IMG/VR virus record: IMGVR_UViG_3300036772_000425
Location: 138,924-202,923 of that record
Direction: 5' to 3' (one strand)
Length of the DNA stretch: 64,000 bases
Source: a virus
Part shown: one piece after another, positions 35,006-44,877 of the stretch
Layout: each line of letters begins with the position of its first letter
Numbering within the stretch: position 1 is the stretch's first letter
The notes under the pieces: generated by a model
What the model saw: only the letters and a program-made list of their open reading frames with translations
Told to the model about the DNA's origin: nothing
Database searches by the model: none
Translations under genes and position numbers: made by a program

Positions 35006-35205
35006 GCGTCCTGTGGACCCATGCCCAGAATAACGGCTTCGAGTTCCGGACCCTGTTCGAGGCTGACGGAACTGAGGAGCCGGGGACCATGGTGCACCAC
35101 TGCTACGATCCGACCATCGCGGGCATCATCGTCTCCCGCAACTCCGATGATGACACGTTGATCCTGTGGTCCAGGCCGCCTCCCTTCCCGCCCGGCGGCT
35201 GGTGA
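35002..35205 (+). CDS. small beta-barrel paralog (67 aa)
   Basis: ATGA overlap; IAGIIVSRNSDDDTLILWSRP. Confidence 0.45.
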   Translation: MSVLWTHAQNNGFEFRTLFEADGTEEPGTMVHHCYDPTIAGIIVSRNSDDDTLILWSRPPPFPPGGW

Positions 35206-35420
35206 TGGAGATCAAGGCGTACGATGAGGACTGCTCGCCGGCCAGCATGCTGACGGCCCACGATCAGCATCGAAATGATCACGATTACGTGCCCGGCATG
35301 CTGGTCTCGCACCGGGTGTGGGACAGCGGTTCTGGGATCGCGATCGTGTTCGGGATAGTGGTGTCTGTGACGGGCGGCGGCACCGTCAACGTGCTGTGGT
35401 CGAGAGGACCGATCAAATGA
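35205..35420 (+). CDS. PG-motif small beta-barrel paralog (71 aa)
   Basis: VPGMLVSHRVWDSGSGIAIVFGIVVSVTGGGTVNVLWSRG. Confidence 0.5.
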   Translation: MEIKAYDEDCSPASMLTAHDQHRNDHDYVPGMLVSHRVWDSGSGIAIVFGIVVSVTGGGTVNVLWSRGPIK

Positions 35421-35758
35421 GTTCCCTGTGTACGTACGCTCGGGCCAACACGTTCAAGAAGGTCGAGCCAACAGAGGCGGGAGCAGCGCTCGCTCCGGGC
35501 ACCTTCGTGACTCTCAGGCAGGTTGTCGGCGGCGCATCAGGCTTCGGGACGGTAGTTTCGGCCGACGCAGTCTCCATCACCGTCCTGTGGTCCTCAGAGC
35601 CGGCGAAGGGCCCGAACTTCCAGTTCCCGAACGTGAAAAAGGTGCAGATGGGCCTGATCGCCCAGAACGTCATCGACATCCAACCGATGACCGGACCGTC
35701 GGCCAAGGTCTTCTTCATGGATTGGGACTACGCAAGCGGTTCCAAGGGCGCGCCGTGA
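35417..35758 (+). CDS. PG-motif beta-barrel paralog (113 aa)
   Basis: ATGA overlap; LAPGTFVTLRQVVGGASGFGTVVSADAVSITVLWSS. Confidence 0.5.
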   Translation: MSSLCTYARANTFKKVEPTEAGAALAPGTFVTLRQVVGGASGFGTVVSADAVSITVLWSSEPAKGPNFQFPNVKKVQMGLIAQNVIDIQPMTGPSAKVFFMDWDYASGSKGAP

Positions 35759-35802
35759 CCCACCCAAGAATTCGCAGGGTTCGGGTGCAGTAAACCACCT
35801 GA

Positions 35803-35830
35803 CCATCCTACGTAATCGTGGATAGGATGG
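35803..35830 (+). promoter_or_regulatory. palindrome CCATCCTA-N12-TAGGATGG in intergenic region (candidate operator/promoter)
   Basis: perfect 8-bp inverted arms; TAGGAT is a -10-like hexamer; lies in 80-nt gap before 35838 gene. Confidence 0.3.
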
Positions 35831-35837
35831 GATACAG

Positions 35838-36215
35838 GTGTCATCACCCCTCACATCACGCATGATGGTGGGTCTCCGGAAGCCGGGAGCAGAGCTCCGC
35901 GTGGGTGACCTGGTGATGTGGTACGGGAAGCCGAGCGACTACGCCAGCTTCCAGCGCCGCGTGGTGTACCAGGTGGTGGAACGGATCGAGCCCAGCCAGG
36001 ACGAGGGCCGGCAGGCACAGTACCGGTACCGTCCGGTGTTCGACCTAGAGAACCCGATCGGGGTGCCGACAGAACCCACCTGCCTGATGTCGAGCCGTGA
36101 GATGAAGCAGATCAGGTTGATCGACCTAGGGATGATGCGGATGCTGTTCGACAGCTTCATCCGGACGTGGATCGCCGACCAGGGCTCGCCAGAAGCAACG
36201 GACGACGGAGGGTAG
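35838..36215 (+). CDS. KOW/Tudor-like protein (125 aa; start may be ATG at 35862)
   Basis: LRVGDLVMWYGKPSDYASFQRRVVYQVVERI. Confidence 0.5.
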   Translation: MSSPLTSRMMVGLRKPGAELRVGDLVMWYGKPSDYASFQRRVVYQVVERIEPSQDEGRQAQYRYRPVFDLENPIGVPTEPTCLMSSREMKQIRLIDLGMMRMLFDSFIRTWIADQGSPEATDDGG

Positions 36216-36216
36216 C

Positions 36217-36837
36217 ATGGGCCAACGTGGACTGCTCGGAAGCTTGGTGATCGCGTTGGTGGTCGGCTGCTCCTGGACACCCCACGAACCCACGCAGCAT
36301 GCGCTGCTGAAGACCCACCACGTTCTTCGCCTGCACGGGGACGACACCTTCACCGGGCCTGAGCGTGAGATGGTGCAGGAAGCCGCGGACGACGTGTTCA
36401 TCCAGACGTCAGGCCTCCTGCAGGTCATCGTGAACTTCGATTTCGATTTCGACAGGTTGGGCCTGGACGCCTGGCTCACCCGCACCAACCTGCTGGTCCG
36501 GACACCGAAGGATGCCTCGTACGTGGTCTCACGCGAACGGACAGGGAAGGTCATGCTCGGGATGGTGGTGGGGGTGAACCTGCAGGACTACGATCAGACC
36601 GCGCCGATGCAGGTTCACCTGATCGCCGACAGGTTGACGGATCGGAAGGTCTTCATCCAGGTCGCTGAGCACGAGTTCTACCATGCCTTCGGCCTGAACC
36701 ACGTCAAGGATCCGCACAGCGTGCTGTACCCAGAGGTGTTCCTGCAGGCGCCTCGTACCTGCATCAGCGAGGCAGACGCAGCAGAGATCTGCAGGGTCTA
36801 CGGGTGTTGGACAGGCGACCTCAACACCTGCACCTGA
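36217..36837 (+). CDS. secreted zinc metalloprotease lipoprotein (metzincin-like, 206 aa)
   Basis: signal/lipobox LVIALVVGCS; HEFYHAFGLNH (HExxHxxGxxH). Confidence 0.75.
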   Translation: MGQRGLLGSLVIALVVGCSWTPHEPTQHALLKTHHVLRLHGDDTFTGPEREMVQEAADDVFIQTSGLLQVIVNFDFDFDRLGLDAWLTRTNLLVRTPKDASYVVSRERTGKVMLGMVVGVNLQDYDQTAPMQVHLIADRLTDRKVFIQVAEHEFYHAFGLNHVKDPHSVLYPEVFLQAPRTCISEADAAEICRVYGCWTGDLNTCT

Positions 36838-36849
36838 GATCAGGTCGTA

Positions 36850-37173
36850 TCATCCACGCTTGATGCCGCCGCCGTAGCTGAACGGTTGCGGCGCGGTGTC
36901 GACCTCGTACGGATCCACCTGGACGTACGGGACCTCCGCGGTCGGTGGGACAGGTCCGAAACAGTCCTCCCGATCGACGGTGGGCTCCCTGAGGTGCTCG
37001 GGCAACCCGTCCGGATCGTCGACGGTGTCCATCGCCTTGTTCGTCAAGGATCCGATCTGTTCACGGTCGTTGATGTCAGGCGACAGAGCGTTCCTGATCG
37101 GTTGGCCTGGGAACGCGGAGGCACCTGCCGCCTCACGGATCACCCTGCGCAGGTCTCCCAGCCTGATCCACAT
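36850..37173 (-). CDS. hypothetical protein (107 aa)
   Basis: ORF track. Confidence 0.4.
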   Translation of the reverse strand: MWIRLGDLRRVIREAAGASAFPGQPIRNALSPDINDREQIGSLTNKAMDTVDDPDGLPEHLREPTVDREDCFGPVPPTAEVPYVQVDPYEVDTAPQPFSYGGGIKRG

Positions 37174-37175
37174 GT

Positions 37176-37268
37176 ACTATGTAGGTCGTTCGGTGAGCCT
37201 GCGGCGCAGCAGACCGGCAGAGATCGCCAGGGAAGCAATGAACAGCACGATGATCAGACGTTCAATCA
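37176..37268 (-). CDS. tiny hydrophobic peptide (30 aa, MIERLIIVLFIASLAISAGLLRRRLTERPT)
   Basis: ATG overlapping upstream stop region; single TM helix; below track size cutoff. Confidence 0.3.
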
Positions 37269-37447
37269 TACCGTTTTCCCAAGGCCAGGTCGCGCAGGGC
37301 ACCCTGTAGCTGGTCCACCTGCCGCCGCAGCGCACGGTTATCGGTGTTCAATGCATCGCACCGCTCCTGGCATGCTCTCATGTTGGCACGCAGGTACACG
37401 ACCTCATCCAGCTCCCGCTTCAGGCGCAGCAGTTCCTCATCAGTCAT
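37262..37447 (-). CDS. small coiled-coil protein (61 aa)
   Basis: ATGA overlap with upstream gene; GGAGG SD; start moved to internal Met MTDEELL. Confidence 0.45.
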   Translation of the reverse strand: MTDEELLRLKRELDEVVYLRANMRACQERCDALNTDNRALRRQVDQLQGALRDLALGKRYD

Positions 37448-37794
37448 CCCTCCACCTCCGCAAAAACAGGTTTGATCGTGCACACCAGTCCGACCTTGCG
37501 CTCAGCGCGAGGAGGAACGCAAACGATGTAGCCCTTGATGAGATCGTTGAACAGCGGAACATGTGTCTTGAACCAGGCGGAGAGCCAGGTCCAGATCCAG
37601 TCTGATAACCGCTGTGCGCCCATCGGGACCCGGAACCATTGGTTCGCATCCGTGAGCCCAGGTTCCACCAGCAGGCTCAAGGTATCGTCCGTGAGACTGT
37701 AGCCCGTCGCTCGGTGGCGGCCCAGCACCATCAGCAGGACATCTTCCAGTTCCTTGCGGGAGCTGGCCTGCACCATCCCATTCACCAACCTCAT
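37444..37794 (-). CDS. hypothetical protein (116 aa)
   Basis: ORF track; divergent from 37839 gene. Confidence 0.5.
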   Translation of the reverse strand: MRLVNGMVQASSRKELEDVLLMVLGRHRATGYSLTDDTLSLLVEPGLTDANQWFRVPMGAQRLSDWIWTWLSAWFKTHVPLFNDLIKGYIVCVPPRAERKVGLVCTIKPVFAEVEG

Positions 37795-37838
37795 GCTCTG
37801 GTTGTAACTCGCGCACGTGTGTAGTACATCATGTTAAC

Positions 37839-38108
37839 ATGAGCTTTCCGAAGGTCAGGATCACAGCCAAGGTTCGTTGGTCCAAGCCTGAACGGATCGA
37901 GGCGGGGACGCTGATGTCCATGCTGGCCCCCGAGCTGGCGATCGGTCACAACCCGTGCACCAGCCCGGATCCGATCGACGGCACCCAGGAGCAGGTCGTC
38001 CTGGAGATCCTGGGCATCCGTCGGGCACCTCCGGGCACAGAGTTCACGCTTGAATCGTACGATGAGGTGCAGGCAGACCGGACGTTGGGGCACGGGGTGA
38101 TCCTGTGA
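37839..38108 (+). CDS. hypothetical protein (89 aa)
   Basis: ORF track; AT-richer divergent promoter region 37795..37838 (TTGTAA-N17-TACATC). Confidence 0.5.
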   Translation: MSFPKVRITAKVRWSKPERIEAGTLMSMLAPELAIGHNPCTSPDPIDGTQEQVVLEILGIRRAPPGTEFTLESYDEVQADRTLGHGVIL

Positions 38109-38380
38109 CCCGGTTCCTCGATCGGATCCACGTCGGACTGCACCGATTGGGCTGGCACAGGTTGGCCGCCGTCTTCGGGAGGATGACCGCGATGTTCTAC
38201 GGCGATCCGGGTCCGATCGTGCTGCCGCGGATGCCCGAACCCTTCCGATCATGGTCCCTCGTTGAACCACCGCCTGAGACGCTGCGCGTCCTGGAGTTCA
38301 AGCCCGGGCCGGAACAGAACCTTGGGTTCGACCCGGCGACCGAGATCATGGTCCCACAGCACCGCTTCGACATCAACTGA
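38105..38380 (+). CDS. hypothetical protein (91 aa)
   Basis: GTGA overlap. Confidence 0.45.
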   Translation: MTRFLDRIHVGLHRLGWHRLAAVFGRMTAMFYGDPGPIVLPRMPEPFRSWSLVEPPPETLRVLEFKPGPEQNLGFDPATEIMVPQHRFDIN

Positions 38381-38391
38381 GAAGGAGAAAA

Positions 38392-38694
38392 ATGGACACC
38401 GACAAGGCCCTTGAGTTCTGCATCGCCAGTTTCTTTTACGCGGCTGCCGCAGCAGTCGTCGCGATCGTGCTGTTCGGCGGCTACGCCATCGTGAGGTCAG
38501 CCAGTTCCACGGGTGAGGTTGACTATGACTACTGCTACATCGACACCCGGGCACCCGACAGGATGGCCCCGCAGTTCCTGCTGTACGGGCATCGCAACTG
38601 GCGCGCCGACAACGATATGGGCAGCTACCCCACCGCCGACAAGACGAAGGAGGCTGCTGATGCTGTCGGTTGCCGGATCGGGGTGTCCAAGTGA
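38392..38694 (+). CDS. membrane protein (100 aa)
   Basis: FFYAAAAAVVAIVLFGGYAIV TM; GGAGAAAA SD. Confidence 0.5.
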   Translation: MDTDKALEFCIASFFYAAAAAVVAIVLFGGYAIVRSASSTGEVDYDYCYIDTRAPDRMAPQFLLYGHRNWRADNDMGSYPTADKTKEAADAVGCRIGVSK

Positions 38695-38906
38695 GCGTTC
38701 CGGAAATCTTCTGCTGCATCGCAGCCGTGTTCGACATCATGATCTTCGTCTGGTTGGTGGGCACCTGGTTCTTCGAGGGCCACCACAAGCAGTGCAAGGT
38801 CGATGTGATCGCAACCTTCACCTGCGCCGAGTGCAAGAAGGAATTCGACGTAGAGACTGAGGTCGATTGCTCCGCATGTGCAGGGGGCCACGTCGAGGAA
38901 TCATGA
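38691..38906 (+). CDS. membrane protein with zinc-ribbon (71 aa)
   Basis: GTGA overlap; TM segment then CAEC...CSAC. Confidence 0.45.
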   Translation: MSVPEIFCCIAAVFDIMIFVWLVGTWFFEGHHKQCKVDVIATFTCAECKKEFDVETEVDCSACAGGHVEES

Positions 38907-39721
38907 CAGATCGGACCATCCTGATCGGCGACCTCCACGGCTGCGCCGACGAGGCGGAAGCGCTCCTCCGGAAGTTGCAGCCCACGGCGGCCGACTGGAT
39001 CGTCTGGTTGGGAGATTACGTCGATCGGGGCCCGAACAGCGTGGGCTGCGTGGACCTGGTCCGCAGGCGGGAACAGGTGCAGGGCCGCTGCGCCGGCATC
39101 CTTGGAAATCATGAAGAAAGGATGCTAGAGCATGAACAACGTGCCATGGAGCTGGGCCGTGAGCCTGAGATGCCCATGTCGCATGCCTTGACCCGTGCAC
39201 AGCTGCGGGACGAGCACTACGACTGGTTCAGGCAGCTCCCTCTCTTCCTGCGGATCCCTGAGCACAACGCGGTCGCGGTCCATGCCGGTGTCTTCCCAGG
39301 CCTGCCCATCGAACAGCAGACGCAGCGGACCCTGCTCCATGTCCAGATGCTGAAACCGTACGATGCAGAGGGCCGAGAGCTGTACAAGGACGGAAAACGA
39401 CACGATGCATCGTGCTGGGTCAGCAAGGTGCCCGCGGGTGAGGAGCACCTGTGGCGGTTCTGGACGCACTTCTACGAAGGTCCGGAAACGATCGTCTTCG
39501 GCCACAGCGTGTTCGACCGGCCCCTGATCACCCAGAACACGTTCGGGATCGACGGCGGGGTGCCCTTCGGCCTGCAGCTCCATGCGTTGGTCCTGCCCGA
39601 ACGCCGGATCGTCACCGTGAACTCTCCGAAGGACTACAGCAGGGCGACCCGCGGTAGCCGGAAGGATCCGATCCGGAACAAGCGGTTCTGGGTGCACGGC
39701 GACGTCCACACCTTCTCGTGA
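38903..39721 (+). CDS. Ser/Thr protein phosphatase, PPP family (lambda phosphatase/ApaH-like)
   Basis: ATGA overlap; metallophosphoesterase motifs GDLHG, GDYVDRG, GNHE. Confidence 0.8.
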   Translation: MTDRTILIGDLHGCADEAEALLRKLQPTAADWIVWLGDYVDRGPNSVGCVDLVRRREQVQGRCAGILGNHEERMLEHEQRAMELGREPEMPMSHALTRAQLRDEHYDWFRQLPLFLRIPEHNAVAVHAGVFPGLPIEQQTQRTLLHVQMLKPYDAEGRELYKDGKRHDASCWVSKVPAGEEHLWRFWTHFYEGPETIVFGHSVFDRPLITQNTFGIDGGVPFGLQLHALVLPERRIVTVNSPKDYSRATRGSRKDPIRNKRFWVHGDVHTFS

Positions 39722-39738
39722 ACACCCAGGAGACGACC

Positions 39739-40056
39739 ATGAAGTTTGAGTTCAGGTGCCCGAGCTGCGGTGCCCCGCCCAATGCATGCGGCAGGAAGTC
39801 GACCGACGTGTGCGAGGGCCGGCACCCCGAGGAACTGTGCATGGGTTTCATCTGCGAGTGCACCTCCGCTGAGGCCGACACCGATGGCCACGGTGAGCTG
39901 CTGAACAATCAGTGTCCTGAGGCCAGTTGCTACCATTGTGGATGGGGCGGAGTTTTTCCGAAGGCACCCAAGGGCATGCAGGCCTGGGAGAGGAAGGCTC
40001 TGGCCGCCGGATGGACGATGCCGCCGGCACGGAAGAAGGAGCTGGAGCACCGATGA
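39739..40056 (+). CDS. Cys-rich zinc-binding protein (105 aa)
   Basis: CPSCG...C..C...CEC...C..C; GGAGA SD. Confidence 0.5.
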   Translation: MKFEFRCPSCGAPPNACGRKSTDVCEGRHPEELCMGFICECTSAEADTDGHGELLNNQCPEASCYHCGWGGVFPKAPKGMQAWERKALAAGWTMPPARKKELEHR

Positions 40057-40328
40057 GGCCTGGGACACGGGTCAGGATGACCGATGACTACCGGTACCGA
40101 TCGTGGGGCCTATGCACCACGGGCATGCACACGGGTCCCATCGCCCTGAAGCATGGGAGGGTGCTGTGCACCGACTGCAACGGTGAACACATCGAAAGTT
40201 ACGGACACCTGGTGGGCACGGTGCAGGGCCCTGCTTGGGACCGCGATGACATGGTCGCCGTTGCCTGGGATCAGGGAGGTTCGGGTGCCTTCGCCTACTC
40301 GTGCTCGGACGTCATCGAGAGCTCCTGA
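40053..40328 (+). CDS. PG-motif small beta-barrel paralog
   Basis: ATGA overlap; MRPGTRVRMTDDY... Confidence 0.45.
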   Translation: MRPGTRVRMTDDYRYRSWGLCTTGMHTGPIALKHGRVLCTDCNGEHIESYGHLVGTVQGPAWDRDDMVAVAWDQGGSGAFAYSCSDVIESS

Positions 40329-40495
40329 AGGCGGGCGACCTCGTTGCCGTTCAGGCACCACATCGTCCCGATCAGCATGGTCACGATGCACAGAACCCTG
40401 TCCATCGACCCGGTTGGGACACAGTAGGCACAGCACACCGCTCCGATCAGGAGCAGCTTGCTGACCAGGTACCCCAACCGGGTCGGGCTCATCAA
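40295..40495 (-). CDS. small membrane protein (66 aa)
   Basis: ORF track; hydrophobic LLLIGAVCCAYCV. Confidence 0.4.
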   Translation of the reverse strand: MMSPTRLGYLVSKLLLIGAVCCAYCVPTGSMDRVLCIVTMLIGTMWCLNGNEVARLQELSMTSEHE

Positions 40496-40767
40496 AGCCG
40501 CCGGGTGACCCGACCTCGGGTCAGGTCGTACGGGCTCACGGCCAGCAGGATCCTGTCACCGGGCAGCAGCCTGATCCTGTGGATCCGCATCCTACCGCTC
40601 AGGGTGCAGATCACCTCGTGACCGGTGCTGCACTTGATCCGAAAGAGCGTCCCGGGTAGGGCCTCGACCACCGTCCCGTCAAGGTCGATGCGGTCCTGCC
40701 GCTCCTCCTCGTCGGTTGTCGACCCGTGCGCCCGGTTGCGTCCATTCCTGTTCTTCTTCATTCTCAT
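40492..40767 (-). CDS. infA: translation initiation factor IF-1 homologue with basic N-terminal extension
   Basis: DGTVVEALPGTLFRIKCSTGHEVICTLSGRMRIHRIRLLPGDRILLAVSPYDLTRGRVTRR aligns with bacterial IF-1 ([61 protein letters not shown]); start set to internal Met MRMKKNRNG. Confidence 0.7.
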   Translation of the reverse strand: MRMKKNRNGRNRAHGSTTDEEERQDRIDLDGTVVEALPGTLFRIKCSTGHEVICTLSGRMRIHRIRLLPGDRILLAVSPYDLTRGRVTRRL

Positions 40768-40945
40768 CTTCCTGGCTGGGTCCTCCCAAGCCTGGGGGCG
40801 GGTTGACCAGCGATGCCTCGCGGTCGGTGTTGGCCGACGATATGCCCCCGGTATCGTACATGCCAGCCTGGTGTCGCATGGTATCGTCGACACCGAACTC
40901 CTTGATCAGCAACCGTCGCAGGCGCCCCAGGGTGATCCTCATGGT

Positions 40946-41326
40946 CTAAGTACACAGGTCGACCAGGCGTCGGGCCCAACACATCACCCAATCCCTGCTG
41001 GCCTCGTGCAGGGTACCGTCAGCCCTCACGATCACAAGGCTCGCGCCGTACAATCCTGGCCGGGCCAGACCCGACGGTAGTTTCAGTGCGGATGCATCGA
41101 GCTCCAGCACCGACCCAGCTCCCGTCATGCACACGATCTGTGCGCCGTTCGGATGGTACCCTGCGGCCATGATCAGTCGGGCACGATCGGGAGACGTCGC
41201 GACGACGTGCAGCTCCGGATCCGGCAGCAGCTGCAGGTACTCCGGCAGCTCCATGGTGAGCCCTTGCGCCTGGTCGATGATGAGGTGACCGTCGAGTTCC
41301 AGCTGCACAGTGCCACTGTACGCCAC
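40946..41326 (-). CDS. hypothetical protein (126 aa)
   Basis: ORF track. Confidence 0.45.
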   Translation of the reverse strand: MAYSGTVQLELDGHLIIDQAQGLTMELPEYLQLLPDPELHVVATSPDRARLIMAAGYHPNGAQIVCMTGAGSVLELDASALKLPSGLARPGLYGASLVIVRADGTLHEASRDWVMCWARRLVDLCT

Positions 41327-41344
41327 GTGGCATCGGTGTTACAA

Positions 41345-41566
41345 TCACGCATGCCCAGGTTCGCTGAACTGCCCCTGCCGGGTGACATGCTCCTCAACAA
41401 GTCGAACGACAGGATGGTGATGGTTGTCTCGAGCAGGGCGATCGAGTACCCGGGTCCCTGGACGCAGTTCCATGTCAACGTCCTGGACAGGGACAGGGTG
41501 GTGCTCTACGATGTTGACGATATCCGGTTCACCAACATGTTCGAACAGATCCATGATTCCCGATGA
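41345..41566 (+). CDS. PGD-motif small beta-barrel paralog (73 aa)
   Basis: LPLPGDMLLNKS...; TGTTACAAT -10-like just upstream. Confidence 0.5.
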   Translation, partial: SRMPRFAELPLPGDMLLNKSNDRMVMVVSSRAIEYPGPWTQFHVNVLDRDRVVLYDVDDIRFTNMFEQIHDSR

Positions 41567-41804
41567 GCCTCGGATCATGCCGGGCGACATGGTGGTCGCC
41601 CTCAGGCCGACACGTGGGTGGGAGTCTGAACTGTCACGCGGTACCGACGGGATGATCGTCAACGTCGGGTCGGGTGGGTTGGTCCTGGAAACATGGCCGG
41701 AGGGCGGCCGGTTGCGCCTCCGGCTCCTGCTCGCAGGGAGGATCATCGTGGTCTCATGCAAGGCCCACAACGTGCTCAAGAACTGGACAATTGCCGCACG
41801 TTAG
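41553..41804 (+). CDS. PGD-motif small beta-barrel paralog
   Basis: IMPGDMVVALRP...; overlaps upstream stop. Confidence 0.5.
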   Translation: MIPDEPRIMPGDMVVALRPTRGWESELSRGTDGMIVNVGSGGLVLETWPEGGRLRLRLLLAGRIIVVSCKAHNVLKNWTIAAR

Positions 41805-41851
41805 GCTGTGGGGTGCACCGTCAGGTGCCTGCGAATAAACTCGTGAATGGT

Positions 41852-42079
41852 CTAGGTGACACCATGAGGCTCGATGGGCACCAGCTCCCACCTATCGATC
41901 GGTCCGAACGGGTTGGGTCCGGGCCAGCGCCTGTCCGATATCAGGATCCAGTACGATAGTGGCTGCAGGCCCAGGCCCCTGATCGCAGCGTCAGGGACAC
42001 TGTTGGCGTGTTGCGCACAGATGATCAGACCTGTCATCCCAGTCGACCCAACCCGAACCAGCTCGCCCGGCTGCAGCAT
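41852..42079 (-). CDS. PG-motif small beta-barrel paralog (minus-strand copy)
   Basis: MLQPGELVRVGSTGMTGLIICAQ. Confidence 0.5.
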   Translation of the reverse strand: MLQPGELVRVGSTGMTGLIICAQHANSVPDAAIRGLGLQPLSYWILISDRRWPGPNPFGPIDRWELVPIEPHGVT

Positions 42080-42085
42080 CTGTTG

Positions 42086-42340
42086 CTAGGTAGGCAACGA
42101 CACGTAGGGTTGGATCCATCGTTCCAGGATCCAACCCACCCGACCCGAGCGCATGCTCCAGATCAGGTACCTCCTGATGACAGAGGGCTGTGCCTCGTGG
42201 ATGACCATGACCTGGAGCACCGTGCACACCTCCCCGGGTACCACCCTGCCCGCCGGAGCGTACCAGCATCCGAGCAGGTAGTCTGGGTGCTGGTCCAGGA
42301 AGGAATGTTCGGAAGATACGACCAGGTCTCCCGGGACCAT
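42086..42340 (-). CDS. PGD-motif small beta-barrel paralog (minus-strand copy)
   Basis: MVPGDLVVSSEHS... Confidence 0.5.
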   Translation of the reverse strand: MVPGDLVVSSEHSFLDQHPDYLLGCWYAPAGRVVPGEVCTVLQVMVIHEAQPSVIRRYLIWSMRSGRVGWILERWIQPYVSLPT

Positions 42341-42343
42341 GTT

Positions 42344-42729
42344 TCAGACCGGGTGTGCTTCCGCGAGCGCCTGTGCCTTGACGACAGCGGCGTACTCGGC
42401 CGTCTTGAAGGAGAGCGCCGCCCGGCTGTACCGCCAGGTCAGGTAGCCCACCTGGACCAGCTGGCTGCAGACAGAAATTGTCAGGATGCCGAGCACCGGC
42501 AGGCGGAGCACGGATCCCAGGACCACCGAGAGCAGCAGCAGGATCCAACACGACGCCGATGACAGGATGGCCGCACGGGAGGTCCGAACATCACCCAGCC
42601 TTTCTCGGAACCCGTCGAGGGAGAGCGCGAAGTCCGCAGCCTCCGGGACAGAGACCTTGTTCCAGTCCACCTTCTCTGAATGGACCACGATCGCATGGTC
42701 CACCTCGTCCGAATTCAAAGGAGAGGGGT

Positions 42730-42733
<4 letters not shown>
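42344..42733 (-). CDS. membrane protein (129 aa)
   Basis: ATGA overlap with GroEL stop; CWILLLLSVVLGSVLRLPVLGILTISV TM segments. Confidence 0.5.
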
Positions 42734-44385
<1,652 letters not shown>

Positions 44386-44416
44386 GCAAGCATACTAATG
44401 CAGAACGGGACGGTGT

Positions 44417-44674
44417 TCAGGCATCCTTGGTGACACGCAGCGGTACCGGCAGCCCCCGACGCCATGCCACCGCGACCAGGCCCAACCGGTAGTCCTCCAC
44501 CAGCGCTGTCAGGACAGCACGCTGCTGCGGATCCTGTGCCTGAGACAGGTAGATCAGCAGCTTCCGTTCCGTGAAATCGATCACGTTCGTGGGTTCGGTG
44601 GTACCGCAGTGCAGCTGGAACTCGGTGCACCTCTCGGTGCTGCGCGGGAACTGAGCTGCGTTGCGGGTCGCCAT
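44417..44674 (-). CDS. hypothetical protein (about 85 aa) in GroES position but not GroES-like
   Basis: internal Met; N-terminal 59 aa of track ORF are Arg-rich low complexity. Confidence 0.35.
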   Translation of the reverse strand: MATRNAAQFPRSTERCTEFQLHCGTTEPTNVIDFTERKLLIYLSQAQDPQQRAVLTALVEDYRLGLVAVAWRRGLPVPLRVTKDA

Positions 44675-44685
44675 CGCAAGCATAG

Positions 44686-44877
44686 CTAGGTGCCTGGACG
44701 ACCTTCCCGCTGGACGCGTCTCCCGGTCCTGTACCAGGGAACGAGCGCGGCAACGACCGCGCCGATGGCGCAACCGATCAGCAGCACGCTCGTGCCATCC
44801 TGTACCATGTTCATAAGTACCGCTTCGCTCAGGTCTTGTATCCCTTCCCAAGCACCTGTTTCCGAAGGGCCTGCCAT
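44686..44877 (-). CDS. possible small membrane protein (63 aa)
   Basis: ORF track; overlaps neighbour, weak. Confidence 0.25.
   Translation of the reverse strand: MAGPSETGAWEGIQDLSEAVLMNMVQDGTSVLLIGCAIGAVVAALVPWYRTGRRVQREGRPGT

Noticed and set aside
44417-44674. ORF in the GroES position called as GroES
   Set aside because: No similarity to Cpn10 (no mobile-loop or GroES length/sequence pattern). Left as hypothetical.
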